The position numbers and the translations under genes were made by a program. Shown here in pieces: positions 28,982-37,534 of a stretch of 64,000 nucleotides of DNA. Source of the DNA: a bacterium (GTDB taxonomy: Bacteria; Zixibacteria; MSB-5A5; GN15; FEB-12). Each line of letters starts with the position of its first letter. The first letter of the stretch is position 1. The notes beneath the pieces were generated by a model. It worked only from the letters and a program-made list of their open reading frames with translations. It did not search any database and was not told where the DNA came from. The DNA is taken from the NCBI GenBank assembly GCA_043811375.1, contig JBDRNJ010000072.1, forward strand, positions 32,001 to 96,000, written 5' to 3'.

Positions 28982-30280
28982 TCACTTCACCTTGACCTGA
29001 AGGATAGTGAAATCGTCCTGCATGTCTTCGGAGGCTCCCTCGGCAAACCGGTCGACCCATTCTTTGACCTTGTGACAGAACTCCTTGGGGGATAGCCCGA
29101 TTTCGGAGGTAAACACCTGCTCTGCCCGCTCTCGACCGAAAAGGTTGTTGTCGGCGTCGGCAGCTTCGGTCAGACCATCCGTGAACAGAAACAGCCTGTC
29201 GCCGGAGGCTAACCGACGCTGTCCCTGTTTGAACACAAAGCCAGCGAACTGGCCAACGATCGGTCCCCCCACGGCCAGTTCACAGACGGTCTGCTTCTCC
29301 TCATCCCAGAAAAGCCCCGGCAGGTGCCCGGCGTTACAGAACGTCAGAGTCGTGTTCTCAAGGTCGAATTTGGCGAAGAACAGCGTGACAAACATCTCGC
29401 GTTCCTTAATGATCGAATCGGCCAACAGGTCGTTGAGCCTGGCGACCAGGTCGGCGACCTCAATCTCGGGATTGGTCGCCAACAGGGAACTGATGATTCC
29501 GGATGCGGCCGACATCACCAGGGCCGCCGGCACACCTTTGTTGGAAACATCACCCAGAACCACCACAAAACGGTGGTCGTCCAACCTGAGAATGTCATAG
29601 AAATCGCCACCTACTTCGCGGGCCGGAAAGTAAACGGCGCCGATCTCTGTCCCCGCTATGGCATCAATATCCTGCGGAAGGATTGTCTCCTGAATCTGGC
29701 GGGCAATCGCCATCTCCTGTTCCATCTTCTGCTGCGTGAGCTTGTGCTTGATGAGGATCGAGTTGTCGATTGCGACGGCCACGAAATTCAGCAACATCTC
29801 CAGGCATTCCTGGTCCTCTTCGCCATAACTGCCACCCTCGGCTTTGTTGATAATCAGCAGTACACCGTGGCAGCGGTCGGACGTTTGAATGGGCACGCTG
29901 ATAATCGATTGGATGGACAAACCGCTGTCGTCCTTGATTTCCAAATCGTTGAGAATAACTGTCTGGTGGTTCTGGTAGCAGTAGCCGGCAAGATCCAGGT
30001 CATCCCGGTACATCAGCGACCGGGCAAACTCCCCGTTGACACCCCAACTGATTTTGACCTTCAACTGATCGTTCTCATGCAGCATTATCAGACCGACTTC
30101 GCCGTCAACCAGCCTTATGGCCATATCCATCACCACCGACAGGACGGCATTGATCTCATGTATAGACGTAATGACGGTCCCCATGGTCGCCAGGTCGCGC
30201 AACTCAGCCTTCTTGGCTTCCAGTCGAGATTCCAACTCTTCGAGGTGGTCACTCGTATCGGTATTTGTACAAACAGTCAT
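28982..30280 (-). CDS. GAF + PP2C/SpoIIE phosphatase (RsbU-like)
   Basis: AR.IQ..ILP, VGGDFYD, GDVS.KG, NAGH, FTDG, DD.T. Confidence 0.94.
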   Translation of the reverse strand: MTVCTNTDTSDHLEELESRLEAKKAELRDLATMGTVITSIHEINAVLSVVMDMAIRLVDGEVGLIMLHENDQLKVKISWGVNGEFARSLMYRDDLDLAGYCYQNHQTVILNDLEIKDDSGLSIQSIISVPIQTSDRCHGVLLIINKAEGGSYGEEDQECLEMLLNFVAVAIDNSILIKHKLTQQKMEQEMAIARQIQETILPQDIDAIAGTEIGAVYFPAREVGGDFYDILRLDDHRFVVVLGDVSNKGVPAALVMSAASGIISSLLATNPEIEVADLVARLNDLLADSIIKEREMFVTLFFAKFDLENTTLTFCNAGHLPGLFWDEEKQTVCELAVGGPIVGQFAGFVFKQGQRRLASGDRLFLFTDGLTEAADADNNLFGRERAEQVFTSEIGLSPKEFCHKVKEWVDRFAEGASEDMQDDFTILQVKVK

Positions 30281-30289
30281 ACATTAGAT

Positions 30290-30317
30290 GTATCGGTCTG
30301 AAACGTTGATTTTTTGA
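30290..30317 (-). promoter_or_regulatory. Possible sigma28-type promoter of partner-switching/chemotaxis operon
   Basis: TCAA-N16-ACCGATAC on minus strand just upstream of the phosphatase start. Confidence 0.45.
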
Positions 30318-30346
30318 GCAGAAACCGGGTAACGGCGGGAAAAGGG

Positions 30347-31660
30347 CTACTTTCTGCGGAATTTCACACGGAAAGGAACACCCTCAAAACCGTACTCCCG
30401 CCGAATCTGGTTGGAGAGAAAGGCAATGTAGGACTTGTCGATCAAGGTAGGACGGTTGGCAAAGAAAACAAACGTCGGCGGCGCCACTTCCGTTTGCGCC
30501 ACATAGTTGATCTTGATGTATTTGCCCTGACGGGCCGGTGGCTGCCGGCGTCGCAGAACCTTCTGCAGAAATTCGTTCAGTTCCGAAGTGACGATACGTT
30601 TTCTGGCTTCATGATAGACTGCCGAGGCTATAGACATCGCTTTAGCCACCCGCTGCCCCGTCAGGGCTGAAACGTAAATCACCGGCAGGTGGGCATACCG
30701 GGCCAGGATGGCATTGATCGCCTTGGTGTAACGATCGGCGGTATTGGGGTCCTTCTCGACCAGGTCCCACTTGTTGACCGCCATAAGAGCCGAACGACGG
30801 GCACCGAAGACCTGGTCCAATATACGGCGATCCTGGGTCGTCAGACCATCAACGGCGTCAACCAGAACGATAGCCACATCGCAGCCATCGATAGCCCGGA
30901 CAGTGCGCAGGGAGGTGTAGAACTCGACGTTTTCCCAAATCTTGTATTTCCGGCGCAGGCCCGCCGTATCGACCAGGACGTAGTCCTGACCGTCCATCTC
31001 CCAGGGCGTATCCACGGCATCCCGTGTGGTACCGGCTATCGGCGTGACCAGCAGGCGCGGCTGCCCGACCAGCACATTTATGAATGAGGACTTGCCGACA
31101 TTGGGACGACCCACCAGCGCCACTCGGATAGTGCTGCCGCTATCGTCATCAGCAGCCTCTTGCCGCGGCAAACAGTTCACCAACTTGTCCAGCAGATCCC
31201 CCACTCCAAGGCCGACTCTCGCCGACACCGCGATCGGGTCGCCGATCCCCAGGGCGAGAAACTGGTACACCTCGCTTTCATCCTGGTCGCTGTCAACCTT
31301 GTTGGCCACCAGCAGGCATTTTTTGCCCGATTGCTGCAGACGCCGGGCGATCTGCCGATCGGTGGTATCCAGGCCCACCTTGGTATCGACGAGAAACAGG
31401 ACCAGTTCGGATTCGTTGACGGCAAACTCGGTCTGGTCGTGGATAAGTTGCTCCATCAGGTCATCCGAATCGGGCGCCATGCCGCCGGTGTCGACCAGGC
31501 GAAAACTGGTGCCGGTCCAGTCACAGACGGCATAGTTGCGATCGCGAGTGATCCCCGGCCGTTCGTGCACCACAGCCAACTGCCTTTGCAGCATACGGTT
31601 GAACAACGATGATTTGCCGACGTTGGGGCGGCCCACTATGGCCACCGTGGCCAGTTTCAC
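30347..31660 (-). CDS. der: Ribosome biogenesis GTPase Der (EngA)
   Basis: Two GRPNVGKSS G-domains, DTGG/DTAG, NKVD/NKWD, KH-like C-terminus. Confidence 0.97.
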   Translation of the reverse strand: MKLATVAIVGRPNVGKSSLFNRMLQRQLAVVHERPGITRDRNYAVCDWTGTSFRLVDTGGMAPDSDDLMEQLIHDQTEFAVNESELVLFLVDTKVGLDTTDRQIARRLQQSGKKCLLVANKVDSDQDESEVYQFLALGIGDPIAVSARVGLGVGDLLDKLVNCLPRQEAADDDSGSTIRVALVGRPNVGKSSFINVLVGQPRLLVTPIAGTTRDAVDTPWEMDGQDYVLVDTAGLRRKYKIWENVEFYTSLRTVRAIDGCDVAIVLVDAVDGLTTQDRRILDQVFGARRSALMAVNKWDLVEKDPNTADRYTKAINAILARYAHLPVIYVSALTGQRVAKAMSIASAVYHEARKRIVTSELNEFLQKVLRRRQPPARQGKYIKINYVAQTEVAPPTFVFFANRPTLIDKSYIAFLSNQIRREYGFEGVPFRVKFRRK

Positions 31661-32940
31661 GCGAAAACCTCCCTGATTGTCCGGGCCAGATCATAATGAC
31701 CGATCCGTACTTCCCGCCCCAGTTCAGCCTGAAACTCCGACAGCGACATGTCATCCAGAAAGAGCTGATCGGCATTGAGACAATTCGGCGGCAATACCAC
31801 CAGATCGAACTCACCGGCAACCGGTCGTGCCTTAGCCAGCAGATCGCGTCCGGTCAGCAGGCCGGAAACCGTCACTGTCTTACCCCAAAAACGGTTGTCA
31901 ACCGGACGGACGGACAGATTCAGATCGAGGTTCCGGTGAATCCAGGACATGATTCCCCTGTTAAACAGTGATTCGGCCGACCTGCCGGTAAGAAAAAGCA
32001 CCCGACGATCGGAACGGATCTTCCTCAGATGCTGACGTCGACGGTCAAACATGGCGAGAAACTCCTGGTTCATTCCCACACCGTTTTCAAACTGCGCCAG
32101 GTCCTCATAAGTTTTCCGTGGTGGAAAAGACCGGCCTGCCAGCAGATGAAATTCATCAGACGGCCAGACAAAGCGAGTACCCAGTTTCCGGTACAGTTCT
32201 TTCTGACGTTCAAAAATGAAGTCCAGCACATCGGCCGCCTCAAATCGATTGAATATCCGCAGTTCCGGCAAACCGTTACGATAACGGGTCAGCCCCACCG
32301 GCACTATCGCCAGCGTTTGGATTCCCGGATAGAGCGCCGACAAATCATCGACTGTCTGCTTCAGATAGCGCCCGTCATTTATACCCGGGCAGAGAACAAC
32401 CTGGGTATGCAGAGTAATGCCGTTTTCGGTCAGACGCCGCAACAACGGCAGTATCGGCGGCAATTGGCGGTTACCCAACATCCGGCGGCGCAGCGTATCG
32501 TCGGTAGTGTGCACCGAAACATAAAGAGGCGACAGGCGTTGTTCGATAATACGCGCCATGTCCGACTCAGTGAGATTACTGAGAGTAATGTAATTGCCGT
32601 GAGTAAATGAGAGCCGGTAGTCCTCGTCCTTGACATAAAGACTGCGGCGCATCCCTTTCGGCTGCTGGTGAACAAAACAGAAGATACACTTGCAGCGACA
32701 ACGCCTGACACGGTCGTCCTGAAAAGTCAATCCCAGCGACCCGGCCGAGGTTTCATCCAGCCGGTATTCCATCTCCCGGCCACTGCGGTCGGCAAACCGG
32801 ATTTTGACCTGTTCATCGGCGGTACGAAAACGAAAGTCGATACTATCCAGCACCGGCCGGCCATTGACGGTCAGCACCCGGTAACCGGGGCGCACCTGTC
32901 CCGTGAGGGGTGAATCGGGATCAACATGCGTAATCTTCAT
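31657..32940 (-). CDS. DUF512 family PDZ + radical-SAM-like Fe-S protein
   Basis: CRCKCIFC (CxxxCxxC), SLYVKDEDYRLSF..GNYITL, ENGVG; commonly adjacent to der. Confidence 0.9.
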   Translation of the reverse strand: MKITHVDPDSPLTGQVRPGYRVLTVNGRPVLDSIDFRFRTADEQVKIRFADRSGREMEYRLDETSAGSLGLTFQDDRVRRCRCKCIFCFVHQQPKGMRRSLYVKDEDYRLSFTHGNYITLSNLTESDMARIIEQRLSPLYVSVHTTDDTLRRRMLGNRQLPPILPLLRRLTENGITLHTQVVLCPGINDGRYLKQTVDDLSALYPGIQTLAIVPVGLTRYRNGLPELRIFNRFEAADVLDFIFERQKELYRKLGTRFVWPSDEFHLLAGRSFPPRKTYEDLAQFENGVGMNQEFLAMFDRRRQHLRKIRSDRRVLFLTGRSAESLFNRGIMSWIHRNLDLNLSVRPVDNRFWGKTVTVSGLLTGRDLLAKARPVAGEFDLVVLPPNCLNADQLFLDDMSLSEFQAELGREVRIGHYDLARTIREVFA

Positions 32941-33027
32941 GGTCGGTTACAAAAAAAACTCCGACATATACAACCATCGTAACATTTGCACTGTGCGTCT
33001 TGACCCAACGTGGAGTCCACATGCCAG

Positions 33028-33057
33028 AATATAGACCCAGACTACGCTTGCTGTCAA
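33028..33057 (-). promoter_or_regulatory. Sigma70-type promoter for DUF512-der
   Basis: TTGACA-N18-TATATT. Confidence 0.55.
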
Positions 33058-33137
33058 TTGCAATCCGCTGACCCCAAAACATGTGATTGACAATGGTAGC
33101 CAACTGACATTGATTAATCCGTAATAAGGAGGTATTT

Positions 33138-33974
33138 ATGAACCTGACCAAGAATGGAGTTCTTTGCGGAGTCATGGCAGTAGTTATGTCGGCGACAACC
33201 GGCACGGCTCAGGATACCGCGAATATTGATTCTTTCCCGGACATTGTTGCAGAAGTTCGTCGATCGGTCGCCCTTGTGAAAGTGAAAACTGATATCAAAA
33301 ACGTTTTCGCATTGGGTACGGCTTTCATCCTAAAGTACAAAGATGACAAAGCATACTTGGCAAGCGCGTATCACACTTTTTTCGAGCCTATCAAACATGA
33401 GGATACAGTTGTGATCTCCGATACATCGCGTGTCGAGATAATGTTTGATTCCGACAACTCGTTCCGACCCGCCCATGTTGTCTTTACACGCAAGTCCAAA
33501 GACATCGCACTTGTGACAGTAGATATACCTCTCGACTCCCTTCAACAGTTGGGTCTTCTTGCTCTTAGCCTTGGGAAAGTCAAGACAATCCGTGAAGGCG
33601 CAAGCGTGGCAAGTACCGGCTATAACTTCCTGCAAAGGACAGTGGATTTCGGCCAGTGGCGTTATTGGCCGACCACTTATAAAGGCATTATCAGTTCCGT
33701 AAGAGCTATTTCGCCGGAAGGTGAGCCACCGTTTATCGACCGATTCCAAGTTGATCTGCCCTTGAATCAAGGTGCGAGCGGTTCTCCGGTATATCTTACA
33801 TCCGACAAAACAGTGGTTGGCATGTTTAATAAGTTTGCGACACAAGAATCTGGTGATGCCACTGTCCCAGTAGGGCTCGCATATTGCATCCCATCTTGGG
33901 CTATTCACAACTGTCTCGCCGATTACCTCAAGGAGTTACAGAACTCTGACACAACGAGCACGAGTAAAGATTAA
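33138..33974 (+). CDS. Secreted trypsin-like serine protease
   Basis: Signal peptide; SAYH (His), KDIAL (Asp), NQGASGSPV (Ser); AAGGAGG RBS; AT-richer than flanks. Confidence 0.88.
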   Translation: MNLTKNGVLCGVMAVVMSATTGTAQDTANIDSFPDIVAEVRRSVALVKVKTDIKNVFALGTAFILKYKDDKAYLASAYHTFFEPIKHEDTVVISDTSRVEIMFDSDNSFRPAHVVFTRKSKDIALVTVDIPLDSLQQLGLLALSLGKVKTIREGASVASTGYNFLQRTVDFGQWRYWPTTYKGIISSVRAISPEGEPPFIDRFQVDLPLNQGASGSPVYLTSDKTVVGMFNKFATQESGDATVPVGLAYCIPSWAIHNCLADYLKELQNSDTTSTSKD

Positions 33975-34001
33975 CTGTGTAAGCAGCTTGTAGTATGCGG
34001 T

Positions 34002-34181
34002 TCACGCTCTCAGGCTGTAGGCAGGGCTGTGCTGCACGTAGGTGTCCAGAATGTCCCGGTCGCCCAAGCGGACATACCGCTCCGGAACGACCAACGTGCT
34101 GTGGCCGAGAGCCTTCTGCAGCACAGGCAGTGATGCCGATTTGCTAGCCCACCGAGAGCTTGATGAATCTACCTGGCACAT
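34002..34181 (-). pseudogene. Tyrosine recombinase C-terminal remnant 1
   Basis: Manual translation ...SLPVLQKALGHSTLVVPERYVRLGDRDILDTYVQHSPAYSLRA*, matching box II 'LQ..LGHS....T..Y' plus the terminal 'Y...SP...L' helix. Confidence 0.75.
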
Positions 34182-34298
34182 GGGAAACGAGAAGATTCTT
34201 GACCATTCGAGGAGATTTCGGTATTTTTGAAATACTGAGAGATGTGAATAGTGTTTTTTGAACGTTTATATGGCAAATCTCGTACTAGGGAGTCACTG

Positions 34299-34712
34299 AT
34301 GTACAAAGAAGATCAAGATCTAACCGACGCACTTGTCGAACTCGGCTTGATAGTGGTTGTATTGGGAGTGGGATACATCGTCTTGAGAACCATCGATCGT
34401 TTTGAGAGAAAACAGCGGGCTTCTGTAGAGGACTTGCACGAATTAAAGGCACTGTCAGATCAGGAGCGCGCATCCGAAGAGCCGAACAATGAACTGCGGG
34501 GTGCGTCCGAAGAACCAGACGACGAACTCAGTAGGTGTATCGCGGCCGAAGCTGAAGGAAAAGACGTCTGCTGGGATTGTTATACGATAGAACCCGTACG
34601 CTGTGAAAACTCGGGCTGCGCTGATGTATATACAGGCAAAAGTATTTGCTTCCACTGTCCCGACAATGATTATAGCCCCACGTGGGGGCCTTATTGCAAC
34701 ACCTGCGTTTAG
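34299..34712 (+). CDS. Hypothetical membrane-anchored protein with Cys-rich (putative Zn-binding) C-terminus
   Basis: AGGGAG RBS; one TM helix; CWDC, CENSGC, CFHC, CNTC; 33-bp internal duplication. Confidence 0.65.
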   Translation: MYKEDQDLTDALVELGLIVVVLGVGYIVLRTIDRFERKQRASVEDLHELKALSDQERASEEPNNELRGASEEPDDELSRCIAAEAEGKDVCWDCYTIEPVRCENSGCADVYTGKSICFHCPDNDYSPTWGPYCNTCV

Positions 34713-34747
34713 TGTAGGCTAGTTATTAATATGGGCGCACCGCTTCA

Positions 34748-34834
34748 TCACACGCTCAGGCTGTTGGCTGGGCTGAATCTATCGTAGCTCCGCACCATGT
34801 CCTCGGTCAGCAGGTGAGTATAGAGCACAGTCAT
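34748..34834 (-). pseudogene. Tyrosine recombinase C-terminal remnant 2
   Basis: Manual translation MTVLYTHLLTEDMVRSYDRFSPANSLSV*, the 'MT..YTHL..ED....Y..FSP...L' integrase tail; about 40 bp from tRNA 3' end; DNA similar to remnant 1 (cacgctc..aggctgt.ggc.gggctg). Confidence 0.7.
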
Positions 34835-34871
34835 TCTATTAGTGTTTTTCCCCGAGAAGACTTGGTCTTAT

Positions 34872-34943
34872 AGCGGGCGAGGAGGGTCGAACTCCCGACG
34901 TCAAGCTTGGGAAGCTTGCATTCTACCACTGAATTACGCCCGC
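34872..34943 (-). tRNA. tRNA-Gly(CCC)
   Basis: GCGGGCG/CGCCCGC acceptor stem, CAAGC-TTCCCAA-GCTTG anticodon arm, GTTCGA T-loop; CCA not encoded; TTGACA-N17-TAGATT promoter at 34964-34992. Confidence 0.97.
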
Positions 34944-35141
34944 CGGTTCCAAATGTCGCAAGTAATCTATATGGCAGCCAGCCGGTTGTCAACGCCTTCA
35001 TGGTCTGATTAACCCGGTTGATATTTTGTTTGATTCGAATGATCGAAGCTCTCATTTTAGTAGTGTTAGTGTGTGATCGTCCCGGTCGGTAACGGACGGA
35101 TTGGAAGCACCGGACATATAATAGTCGGAGGATAACCAACA

Positions 35142-36593
35142 GTGCCGCAGAAGGAAAACCGCAAAGTCGAGCCCAAACGGTATCGAGTGTCCGGGCTGAC
35201 GTGTGTATTGGCGGCTTTTGTCCTCTCCCGCGTGGTCTATTTCGCCCTCGGGATTCGTTTCGACCTGCGGCCGCTGGACTACTTCTGGCAGTATGTTGAT
35301 CCGGAGTTGTTGCGCACCAACCTGCTGCAGAGCCTGTACTATCTCCACAGCCAGCCGCCGCTGTTTAACCTGTTTCTGGGAACGGTCCTGAAACTGTTCC
35401 CCGGTTCCGAGACGCTCGCTTTTCACATCACGTTTTTGGCCTGCGGCCTGGTTCTGGCGGTTTCTCTGTACCTGCTGATGGCGCGCCTGGGGGTGTCGGA
35501 AAGACTCAGCGCTATCCTGACGATCCTGTTAATCGCCGGTCCCTCCGCTATCCTGTATGAGAACTTCCTGTTCTATACTTACCCGGTCGCAGCCATGCTC
35601 TGCCTGTCGGCGCTGGCGCTGCTGCACTATGTCAGAACGGAGCGGTTTCGCAGCCTGGTGTTTTTTTTCGTCCTGCTGGCGGCACTGGTACTGACGCGAT
35701 CAGCCTTCCACCTGGTGTGGTATGTCATTATGGTTCTGGCGCTGACCTGGTGCCTGCGAAAACAGTGGCGGCGTGTGCTGCTGGCGGCGAGCGTGCCGTT
35801 CCTATTTTGCCTGCTTCTGTACGCCAAGAACGTTCACGAGTTCGGCAGCTTCAGCAGTAGCAGTTGGTTCGGGATGAACTTTGCCCGAATGACAACCTGG
35901 GAGCTGACGGTTGCCGAGCGCATGCGCCTGATTGAGCGCAGGGAGTTGTCGCCACTGTCTCTGGCTAAACCGTTTCGCGACCTGGAAACATACCAGCGTC
36001 ACTCCCAATTTCCCCTGGCCGAACCGACGGGCATTCCGGTGCTGGATCAGAAGCAGAAATCATCGGGGGCGCCCAATCTGAACAACCTCACCTATGTCAG
36101 GTTGTCGCGAGAATACCGCCGGGACGCAATGTACGTACTGACCAACTACCCGGGCACGTACCTGATGAGCCTGTTGAAGTCTTTAGCCACCTACTTTATT
36201 CCCATCAGTTCGTATCCGTTCGTCAGCGACAACCGGGAGCAGATAAGTTACCTGGATCGGGCCTGTAATCTTGTTCTTTGCGGTCAGTTACGGTACGAGG
36301 ACGAAGTAACCGACATCCGGTCCTGGCAAAACACCGGCTGGCTCACAGCGCTGGCGTATTTAGTGGTGATAATATACGGGTTTCTATTGCTCCGGCAGGC
36401 TTACCGGCAACGGCGGCTGGATACTCCATCGGCTGTCGTGCTCTTGTTTATCTGGTTAAATGTGGTCTACATTACGGTGGCGGGAAACGCTTTTGAACTG
36501 GGTGAAAACAACCGTTTTCGCCTGGTGGTGGAACCGCTGTTTTTCACTCTGCTGGGTCTGGCCCTGAAGAACCGTTTCCGCCGACCGACCTGA
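35142..36593 (+). CDS. Polytopic membrane protein, possibly GT-C fold glycosyltransferase-like
   Basis: About 10 TM helices with a large soluble loop; 'H.QPPL.N' and C-terminal 'E..RFR' motifs. Confidence 0.65.
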   Translation: MPQKENRKVEPKRYRVSGLTCVLAAFVLSRVVYFALGIRFDLRPLDYFWQYVDPELLRTNLLQSLYYLHSQPPLFNLFLGTVLKLFPGSETLAFHITFLACGLVLAVSLYLLMARLGVSERLSAILTILLIAGPSAILYENFLFYTYPVAAMLCLSALALLHYVRTERFRSLVFFFVLLAALVLTRSAFHLVWYVIMVLALTWCLRKQWRRVLLAASVPFLFCLLLYAKNVHEFGSFSSSSWFGMNFARMTTWELTVAERMRLIERRELSPLSLAKPFRDLETYQRHSQFPLAEPTGIPVLDQKQKSSGAPNLNNLTYVRLSREYRRDAMYVLTNYPGTYLMSLLKSLATYFIPISSYPFVSDNREQISYLDRACNLVLCGQLRYEDEVTDIRSWQNTGWLTALAYLVVIIYGFLLLRQAYRQRRLDTPSAVVLLFIWLNVVYITVAGNAFELGENNRFRLVVEPLFFTLLGLALKNRFRRPT

Positions 36594-36610
36594 TGAGACA
36601 GCCGTCGTGA

Positions 36611-37348
36611 TTACTTCCTCTTGCCCGAAATCCTTACAATAATGATTGAAATCTCATACAGCAGGTATAACGGCCCGGCTAACATTAGCTGGGTGGCGAT
36701 ATCGGGTGTCGGCGTCAGGATGGCGGCGGCGATCAGAATAAGCACCACCGCGTAACGCCGCCCCTTGCCTAACATGCGCGAGGAAACGAGACCCACCTTG
36801 CCGAGGAAATAGGCCACTACCGGCATTTCAAAACCGACACCGAAAGCCAGCAGCAACATCCCGGCGAACGACAGGTAGCTGCTGACGGTGATTATGGGGT
36901 TGAGCAGTTCACCGGAGAAACCGATCAGGAAATTCAGTGAGTACGGCAGCACCACCAGGTAGCAGAACGAAGCACCCAGCAAAAACAGGACCGTCGACAC
37001 CGCCACCAGCGGCAGGACACGGGCTTTTTCCTTCGGGTAAAGCCCCGGCGCCACAAAAGACCACAGATGATAAAAGATTACCGGTGTCGCCGCCATAACT
37101 CCCGCCACCAGCGAGACTTTCAGGTAGGCATAGAAGGAACCGGTCACCTGTGTTACATGGAGCTTGATCTCGCCCAGCGGTTTGACGGCAAAAGCCATCA
37201 ACTCATCTGAGAAATAGAAGGCTACGGCAGTAGTCAAAAGCAGCGCCAGCAGCGATTTCAGCAGTCGCCGACGCAACTCCTCGAGATGATCGAGAAAGGG
37301 CATCGAACCGGACCATGAGGATTCGTATTTTTCTTTTTCTTCAGTCAT
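36611..37348 (-). CDS. tatC: Twin-arginine translocase TatC
   Basis: MPFLDHLEELRRRL, W.FVAPGLY..E, FEMP, TPTPD. Confidence 0.96.
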   Translation of the reverse strand: MTEEKEKYESSWSGSMPFLDHLEELRRRLLKSLLALLLTTAVAFYFSDELMAFAVKPLGEIKLHVTQVTGSFYAYLKVSLVAGVMAATPVIFYHLWSFVAPGLYPKEKARVLPLVAVSTVLFLLGASFCYLVVLPYSLNFLIGFSGELLNPIITVSSYLSFAGMLLLAFGVGFEMPVVAYFLGKVGLVSSRMLGKGRRYAVVLILIAAAILTPTPDIATQLMLAGPLYLLYEISIIIVRISGKRK

Positions 37349-37534
37349 AGTATGAAACGGTCATCTTCGACAACGACGAACAATGTGGGAATGATCGGCA
37401 GATATGTCAATCAGTTTTGGCCACAAGTGGCGTTATTTACGCTATGTCAGGAATCCTTTCCTGACCGCACTAAATGTAGCCACCACGAAAGGATTCGTGA
37501 TGGCATAAAACAGCCGAAGGCTGCCACCAACCCC

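Noticed and set aside
109..32913. Many plus-strand ORFs of 60-340 aa over the flagellar/chemotaxis cluster (e.g. 816-1580, 17894-18922, 21536-22381, 29324-30301)
   Set aside because: Antisense shadows of well-supported minus-strand genes in GC-rich DNA, with no recognisable motifs.
32941..34871. attR-type duplication of the tRNA 3' end, or an intact integrative element
   Set aside because: No copy of the tRNA 3' sequence or full integrase found by eye; only remnants are claimed.
34831..35139. 102-aa minus-strand ORF
   Set aside because: Runs through the tRNA-Gly gene and its promoter.
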